From the IMG/VR virus record IMGVR_UViG_3300020477_001105, positions 32,001-96,000 of that record: a DNA stretch of 64,000 nt. One strand, 5' to 3'. This stretch comes from a virus. Below, in pieces: positions 57,916-64,000 of this stretch. Within the stretch, counting starts at the first letter, position 1, and the number at the start of each line of letters is the position of its first letter. The notes under the pieces are model-generated. The model ran no database searches, was not told the origin of the DNA, and saw nothing but the letters and a program-made list of their open reading frames with translations. The position numbers were made by a program, and so were the translations under genes.

Positions 57916-60555
57916 TCAACCCTTTAATAGGTCAAATAAATCAGTTTGCACGATTTGACCAGGTTTACGGCACTTCCAACCTACCCCTTCATAAAACCTC
58001 TCAACAACACTATGTACAATTTTCTGGAACATTTGTTCCGTATCAGGTACAATGACGTCTTTAAACTCTTCAGGGTAGTAGTATTTGTAAGCTACGCACT
58101 TAATACCAAATTTATTAGGCTGAGACACATAAAAATATCTAACCTTGTCACCGGAATTAATAGCTTCATACTTATTACTTAAATCAAATCTATCTAATAA
58201 CAAATTATAGTAATATGCCGCCTTAACGTGAATAGGCATTCCCTTATACGTGTAGAAGTTGTCGCACTTATCTATAACGTCACCATAGTCGTTCCGCTTT
58301 TCAGTCTTATACTGACTAATACCCATGACAAACGCTATATCCTCGATAGGTAATGACTTAAATATGTCATACGTCTCGTTAAATAGGTCATTAGTAGTGT
58401 TCAGGTCCTTAGTCATCAACATAGTTTCAATGATCTTCTTGACATACGGCTTAATAGGCTTGGGCATTGTAGTCCTTACAACCTCGACACCTGTATACTT
58501 AAACTTATTGACCGCGATACCTTCGTCGTCTAACACATGAAGAACGTATCTCTTCTTTTGTAGGAACATTCCTACATCACATATACTCTCTCGCTTAAAT
58601 ACAAACCTACAATCTTGTGAATTCAGGACCGCGCGCCCCCATTCTACAATCTTATCGTTCAAATGTGACTCAATCTCCCTAACCACCTTGTGAGCATCCT
58701 TTGTAACCTTGCCCCTCTTAGTCTTAAACGGAACATTAAACTTGTCAATAATGTGTTTGATAGTAATATATACAGAGTCCGTGTCGTTGTAGATGATAGG
58801 GGAATCTTTCTGTATCTGCTCGTCGGTTAGATCACATTTATCCTTGATATAGTCACATAGAATCTTATTTGATTGTTTAATGATAGCCTGACCAGTGAGT
58901 GTAATAGACCGAGCGATATCCGGATCACCCATAATAGAGTGCTTATTACCGAAATAACCATATATACGGTTAATTAAAATCTTAATAGTGAACTGCTTAA
59001 TGTTTAGCTTATCCGCTTTATCTTGTAAAGCGGTTCTACTTGGATCATTATCAGGTAAATCGGCGAGTTCATGCTTAATCTTGTTTAACTCTCGCTTAAC
59101 GACAACCCGCTGTGCATAAAACTTATCAACAATTGCAGGAAAAATGCCTTTTTTGTTTTGTGAGAACAAGGCTCGTGACTTAGATATAGATAAATTATTA
59201 TCTTTAACAAACTTACCAAAGTTAGGCTTACTTAAGAGATAGGATTCACCATTGACATGGTTAACTCTAACATTATCTTGCTCTAAATCAAACGTACCCA
59301 TCTTCGTTTCGGGAGATAAATTCAACGAGATCATAATATTAGGGTACAGACTATTAACATCAAACGAAACTATATAATCCTGAAAGCCTCTTTGTGGCTC
59401 ACCAACATAAGCACCCTCGTATTTAACATCTTTCTGAGAAGCATCCTCAACAAAGCTGGGTATAATTAAACCACGCTCTCTGCTCTCTTTAACAACAGCA
59501 CCAGTGACAACATTTAAGGTACCCATTGCGTTCTCAAACGGTGTTAGCCCTACGTACGCTAGCATACGAAGTAATTCTAGGTACTGGAGCTTTTCCTCCA
59601 TTCTAACGAGCAGGTTAACGTCTTGAATATTGTAATCTACAAACGTCTCCCAATCGTCATCAGCTAAACTTGATAGATTGGTATTACCGAAATCTACTTT
59701 CTTTTCACCAAGTTCATGTTCAGCTATATCATTAAGTTTATATGACTCACGGAGACCTACACTGAACACCTTATACACATCTAGGTAGTCAACACACGAC
59801 ATGCCCTTAATATGCCACCTAGTTGACTCTCTACCAAAGCTACTCATTAACTGTCTACTATAAAGTACACCTATAGGTGACAATCTCCGACTATACTCTT
59901 CACCGAATATCTTCTGAATACGGTTAACTAAATACGGTATATCAAACAATTCACTATTCCACCCAGAGAGCATGTCAGGTGGATCGGCATGAATAAATTC
60001 TACAAAATTATATAACAAATCACGCTCCGACTTGCAGTGAACGTATATATGATTATCGTCCTTAGCCTTATAAGGCTTTAATCCCCAGGTATGAAACTTT
60101 TTACTTAAACTATCATAGACAGTAATTACGTTAACAGTGTCTTTAGCTTTCTCCGGTGTAGGGAACTCATTTGGACTATACGTCTCAATATCAATAAACT
60201 GAACCTTTATGGGGAATTGAGTAAACTCTGGTTCGTCATTAACTTCATGATACCTATCAATTAGGAATTGCTGTAGCACAGACACGTTCTCGAACAATCT
60301 AACCTGTACATTCTTTTTATCACGTTGCTGACCTTTAACCATTTCAGATATTCTCAATTGACGAGTATACTGATCAGGGAACGATATCTTCTTTAATGGA
60401 TTATTGTATAATGATGTGGCATCCGGGCGACCTTTGGTTTCGACGTAGTAATATGGCTCATACGGTACATCGTACGACACTCTATTACCATCCTTGTCCC
60501 AAGTGTATAGTCTGACTACACGGTCTTTAGATAAATACGCGACGTTTCTGTACAT
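57916..60555 (-). CDS. Family B DNA polymerase (T4 gp43-like)
   Basis: Exonuclease motifs DIET, GWNSELFDIPY, YNIQD. Polymerase motifs FDVNSLYP, KILINRIYG, YNDTDS, KKRY. Confidence 0.97.
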   Translation of the reverse strand: MYRNVAYLSKDRVVRLYTWDKDGNRVSYDVPYEPYYYVETKGRPDATSLYNNPLKKISFPDQYTRQLRISEMVKGQQRDKKNVQVRLFENVSVLQQFLIDRYHEVNDEPEFTQFPIKVQFIDIETYSPNEFPTPEKAKDTVNVITVYDSLSKKFHTWGLKPYKAKDDNHIYVHCKSERDLLYNFVEFIHADPPDMLSGWNSELFDIPYLVNRIQKIFGEEYSRRLSPIGVLYSRQLMSSFGRESTRWHIKGMSCVDYLDVYKVFSVGLRESYKLNDIAEHELGEKKVDFGNTNLSSLADDDWETFVDYNIQDVNLLVRMEEKLQYLELLRMLAYVGLTPFENAMGTLNVVTGAVVKESRERGLIIPSFVEDASQKDVKYEGAYVGEPQRGFQDYIVSFDVNSLYPNIMISLNLSPETKMGTFDLEQDNVRVNHVNGESYLLSKPNFGKFVKDNNLSISKSRALFSQNKKGIFPAIVDKFYAQRVVVKRELNKIKHELADLPDNDPSRTALQDKADKLNIKQFTIKILINRIYGYFGNKHSIMGDPDIARSITLTGQAIIKQSNKILCDYIKDKCDLTDEQIQKDSPIIYNDTDSVYITIKHIIDKFNVPFKTKRGKVTKDAHKVVREIESHLNDKIVEWGRAVLNSQDCRFVFKRESICDVGMFLQKKRYVLHVLDDEGIAVNKFKYTGVEVVRTTMPKPIKPYVKKIIETMLMTKDLNTTNDLFNETYDIFKSLPIEDIAFVMGISQYKTEKRNDYGDVIDKCDNFYTYKGMPIHVKAAYYYNLLLDRFDLSNKYEAINSGDKVRYFYVSQPNKFGIKCVAYKYYYPEEFKDVIVPDTEQMFQKIVHSVVERFYEGVGWKCRKPGQIVQTDLFDLLKG

Positions 60556-60573
60556 CAGGTATATTATAGATGC

Positions 60574-61812
60574 TTATCTGTTACATTCAAGGCTATGAAT
60601 TCGGGTACGCTTTTCGTGATGATACGGATAACGGTACATCTCTTGATACATGTCAATATTCTTATCTAATTCAAGCCATCGACCTTCTGCCACTTTACGG
60701 CCTTCGTCAGAATGCTTCATGTATGTACCTGGGTCTTTTAAAGTCTTTTTCAGCTGATCAATTAGCTCGTCACCAGTTCTAAATCTAATCGGAGCATCCT
60801 CATATGTGCACAGGTCCTGACACGCTATAGGTAGACCAAAGCAACAAGCTTCAATATGCTTCAAGTCACTCTTAGCCTTATTAAAAACATTATCCTGTAA
60901 CGGTGCTATTAACATATTACAATTAATCTCATCTAACAAGCCTGGATATTCATACAAACGTCTCCATTGATGAAACTCTACATGCCCTTGAGCGACTAAG
61001 TCCTGTACACCTAACGGAAATGCTCCTAAAAATACCCAATGGTAATCTTTATATGTCTTTCTTATGACAGGGACAATGTGATGGAAGTCATCTCTCTGCT
61101 TTACCCTATTTTCGACATCGAAATGTGCACCACTAGCAGGATATACAATTCTAGGTCTCTTTTTGAACTTCTTATAGTTCTTAATAATCTTATCTCTGTC
61201 ATAATAATTACCTATCCACCACTTTGGAGGGAAATTAGGTATGACAGTTACGTTCTGATTACCTGTCTTAGCTCTATAATACTCTTGCATGAACTTATTA
61301 GTGACGGTAATCTCATCAACGTTCTGCATAATAGCGCATGCGCATTCACGAATCTTTGGATCAGTAAATGCAGTTTTAAATTTATTATAATCCGGAATAT
61401 CTTCGTGAAAAACAATATCATCAATTTCGTATACAATGTTAAAGTTGTGTTTCTGTGCGAAGTTTTTCAGTAAACCTAGGAACTGCAGTTGTTGCTCAGT
61501 AGCCTGTCGCTGCAGCCTGACTGTTCTTGTATTAACATACCATCTCTCATCTAAACACATTAACGTAGTACTGTGAATGACTGCTTTTTGATGAGCATTA
61601 AGCATATGCTCTGGCCAAATCATACGCCAAAACCCACAACCACTATAGTCAGCTAGATAGTTAATACTTCTATCAAAATCTGCTTCAGGGGGTTGGATAT
61701 TCTCCCGGTCCGGTGGCTGAGGCTGGTTCGCAGGCGGTACCGTAGGTACAAAAAGCTGAGAACCGAACGGGTTACCTAAACCAGGGGCTCCAATTGCAGG
61801 AGGGATAATCAT
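60574..61812 (-). CDS. GT-B fold glycosyltransferase-like protein
   Basis: ADYSGCGFWR, YEIDD, VIPNF, IAPLQDNVFNKAKSDLKHIE. Confidence 0.75.
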   Translation of the reverse strand: MIIPPAIGAPGLGNPFGSQLFVPTVPPANQPQPPDRENIQPPEADFDRSINYLADYSGCGFWRMIWPEHMLNAHQKAVIHSTTLMCLDERWYVNTRTVRLQRQATEQQLQFLGLLKNFAQKHNFNIVYEIDDIVFHEDIPDYNKFKTAFTDPKIRECACAIMQNVDEITVTNKFMQEYYRAKTGNQNVTVIPNFPPKWWIGNYYDRDKIIKNYKKFKKRPRIVYPASGAHFDVENRVKQRDDFHHIVPVIRKTYKDYHWVFLGAFPLGVQDLVAQGHVEFHQWRRLYEYPGLLDEINCNMLIAPLQDNVFNKAKSDLKHIEACCFGLPIACQDLCTYEDAPIRFRTGDELIDQLKKTLKDPGTYMKHSDEGRKVAEGRWLELDKNIDMYQEMYRYPYHHEKRTRIHSLECNR

Positions 61813-61827
61813 ATTAATAATTAGGCA

Positions 61828-63645
61828 CTAATCCTTAAATTCAACCCGTCTCGTGACACCGTTTTCTTTCTCTAAAAATATAACCTCACCCGGGTTTGCG
61901 TAATGTGAACCAATCTTAACGCTTTCTTTTCTGTGACTGATAACCATGACACACTCATTATGCTTTTCAACACGTTCTCTTAGGATATTCAATACTAATT
62001 CAACACCCTTTTCATCTAAACTAGTGTCTAATAGCTCATCATATATGCTAATATTGTAAGCTACGTTGCCTTGCAAACGCCTAATGTCCATAAAAGCGAA
62101 TAAACAAGATAAATCGATGTTCTTTCTCTCAGCGCCACTGAAATTAAAATATGAACATTCCTTATTAGTTTCTGTTACGATTTCTTCCTCGAAATATTCA
62201 TTAAAGATGCAGCAACAATTAGCATCCATAAGCTGTAAGTAGTGTTGTAACTTAGAATTAAAGACTTGTAATATCTTCTTAACAATATATGACTTGACAC
62301 CCTCCTCTGATACTACAAACTTAACTACATCAACAATAGATAGGGTATGTCGAATCTTACTTAATGATTTACTGATATCTTCTAATCGTTTTTTAGTAGA
62401 ATTAATAAGCTTATCGTGCTGATCAGTATCGTTATCAAAGTTTTTCAAGTCTTGATCTAGCTGCTTATTCCATTCTTTTAACTGATTCATGCGGCTAGTT
62501 CTGCTATCGTTATCTTTGATCTTTAATTGATTGCTATTATATAATCCATTCTGATTAGTGATAGCTAACTTTAGTTTACTCTTTAACCCGTTTAGAGTTA
62601 ACAAGGTAGCTCTACATTTTTCAATTTCTTTATTCTTTGCATCAATAGACCCCTGAAGCTCTACTTTCTCTTCTTCAATTTGTGACCGATCATGATCCGT
62701 CACTGGTCTTAAGCATACCGGGCACTCATCTTTATCAGTACCTATCTTACTCAATTGCTGATCTACAAATCTAATCTCAGTCTCATACGTAGATATCTCT
62801 TTATCTACCTTCGTAATCTTATCATTACATGTATCTAAATTTTGCTCAATAGTCGATATCGTACCCTTAATCTTTTCTAATTCTTCAGTATTAATATCGA
62901 CTAATTTCTTTTGCAGCCGGTCTAACTCCTCTGTATTATCTATCTTTCTCTGCTCGTACCTATTCTTTCTATCTGACTGCTCCTTAACATATTGTGCCTT
63001 TTGCTCTTTGTGTGTTGATAGTGTGTGATCAACTTCCTCAAACTTAGCTCCCTCCACTTCATAGGTTCGCTTAGTATCATTGTGCTCAGATCGTACAAGT
63101 GATAACATATCACTAAACACTTCTAAGTTAAAAATACCTTCAACAAATTTTCGCTTCTCAACTTTCTTCTTCGCCATGAAGGGAATAGTGTTATTGAGAG
63201 TCATTATGACACAGTTTTGAAAAATGTCTGTTGATGCACTTAAAATGCTGCAAATATACTCTGTAGTATTACTGATAGAATCTCTAGTCTTGTCTTCACC
63301 ATCAACATACAACCTACATCTAGATGGTTCTAACATTCGTACAACCTTGTAATCTCTCTTTTTATCATTCTTGATAACTTCAAACTCTAACACTACTTCG
63401 CATCCCTTATATGCTAAATTGTGTACAATGTTTTCCTTTTTTAGCTCCCTAATAGTGCTACCGAAAATAGCAAAATGAATAGCATCAGCAATAGTAGACT
63501 TACCTACACCATTTCTTCTATCTAGCTTATCCTTGTTCGTTCCCGTTATAACATGTAAACCTGGCTTAAAGTCCACAGTTACAGGCTCTTCACCTACAGA
63601 CAGGAAGTTCTTAATGGACACCGTTTTAAAGTTTACATATTTCAT
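61828..63645 (-). CDS. Recombination endonuclease ATPase subunit (gp46/Rad50/SbcC-like)
   Basis: KNFLSVG, NGVGKS, zinc hook CPVC, FSGAE, YDE, VISH. Confidence 0.95.
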   Translation of the reverse strand: MKYVNFKTVSIKNFLSVGEEPVTVDFKPGLHVITGTNKDKLDRRNGVGKSTIADAIHFAIFGSTIRELKKENIVHNLAYKGCEVVLEFEVIKNDKKRDYKVVRMLEPSRCRLYVDGEDKTRDSISNTTEYICSILSASTDIFQNCVIMTLNNTIPFMAKKKVEKRKFVEGIFNLEVFSDMLSLVRSEHNDTKRTYEVEGAKFEEVDHTLSTHKEQKAQYVKEQSDRKNRYEQRKIDNTEELDRLQKKLVDINTEELEKIKGTISTIEQNLDTCNDKITKVDKEISTYETEIRFVDQQLSKIGTDKDECPVCLRPVTDHDRSQIEEEKVELQGSIDAKNKEIEKCRATLLTLNGLKSKLKLAITNQNGLYNSNQLKIKDNDSRTSRMNQLKEWNKQLDQDLKNFDNDTDQHDKLINSTKKRLEDISKSLSKIRHTLSIVDVVKFVVSEEGVKSYIVKKILQVFNSKLQHYLQLMDANCCCIFNEYFEEEIVTETNKECSYFNFSGAERKNIDLSCLFAFMDIRRLQGNVAYNISIYDELLDTSLDEKGVELVLNILRERVEKHNECVMVISHRKESVKIGSHYANPGEVIFLEKENGVTRRVEFKD

Positions 63646-64000
63646 CTAAGTACATCTATCATACACATCTAAAGTATAATCAATAATTTCTTTCTTATTA
63701 TCAATCTCTAACAAGTTAATAAATTCTTCAATAGCCGACTTCACTTCTATACCTGCAAAATCATGTCTACTGTCTTCATCTAAATTATATTGGTTAAAAC
63801 TCTGAGAGTAGTCAACATTAACAGCTTTTGCATTTAATGATGATAACTTTCTTAGAATAACATCCATGTCATCAGGTGCAACGTTTTTATCAACTACCAA
63901 CTTAACGAAGTTATTTTTAAACCACTTTTTAACTTTAGCATTAATACTTCCGACTTTAACGAGTTCAGATAAATGGATTTTCTTGTGCTTAGGTGACAGA
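63646..64000 (-). CDS. C-terminus of the gp47/Mre11-like nuclease (partial)
   Basis: Frame open to the window end (...SPKHKKI...NNFVKLVVDKN). Immediately upstream of gp46. Confidence 0.7.
   Translation of the reverse strand, partial: LSPKHKKIHLSELVKVGSINAKVKKWFKNNFVKLVVDKNVAPDDMDVILRKLSSLNAKAVNVDYSQSFNQYNLDEDSRHDFAGIEVKSAIEEFINLLEIDNKKEIIDYTLDVYDRCT

Noticed and set aside
28542-60555. Inteins or introns in TerL, helicase, UvsX or PolB
   Set aside because: Lengths are typical, motifs are contiguous, and no intein splice signatures or homing endonucleases were seen.
1934-61473. Many short antisense or overlapping ORFs in the track (e.g. 1934-2191, 7498-7920, 25942-26367, 41150-41599, 61039-61473)
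   Set aside because: They are shadows of well-supported genes on the opposite strand or in another frame, with no motifs or promoters.
1-64000. Genome-wide stop-codon reassignment as the explanation for the UGA at 41231
   Set aside because: All conserved genes are intact in code 11, and TGA and TAG serve as normal stops (many ATGA overlaps). Recoding must be site-specific.
1-64000. tRNA genes (including tRNA-Sec) or sel genes
   Set aside because: Intergenic gaps are short and explained by promoters, terminators or micro-ORFs. No cloverleaf or SelA/SelB/SelD motif was recognised by eye; a tRNAscan-SE run would confirm.

Overview
A 64-kb segment of a large, AT-rich, T4-like myophage genome, translated in code 11, with most genes on the minus strand. 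It holds a tail fibre/baseplate/tail module (about 1-28.5 kb), TerL, neck, lysis and candidate internal-head genes (about 28.5-33.5 kb), and an accessory metabolic operon (HPPD-like enzyme, ALDH, lysine/saccharopine-dehydrogenase-like enzyme; 33.5-37.5 kb). It also holds a replication/recombination module (primase, clamp, clamp loader, gp32, helicase, UvsX, PolB, gp46/47) interspersed with rml, glycosyltransferase, GATase, queC, guaC, dioxygenase and ferredoxin genes. The strongest signal is missed by the ORF track. The 64-aa ORF at 41231-41425 (-) stops at a UGA in an H-D-[UGA] context. That UGA is followed in frame by 60 more sense codons and by a bacterial SECIS-like hairpin (AGCGUC-GGUCU-GACGCU), which points to a late-expressed phage selenoprotein at 41048-41425. 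Other signals are pervasive leaderless transcript architecture, an L-S-[AG] motif enriched in virion proteins (possible glycosylation sequon), several unannotated ultra-basic microproteins, and N-termini resembling capsid-targeting sequences. All family assignments come from motif recognition by eye; no database searches were run.
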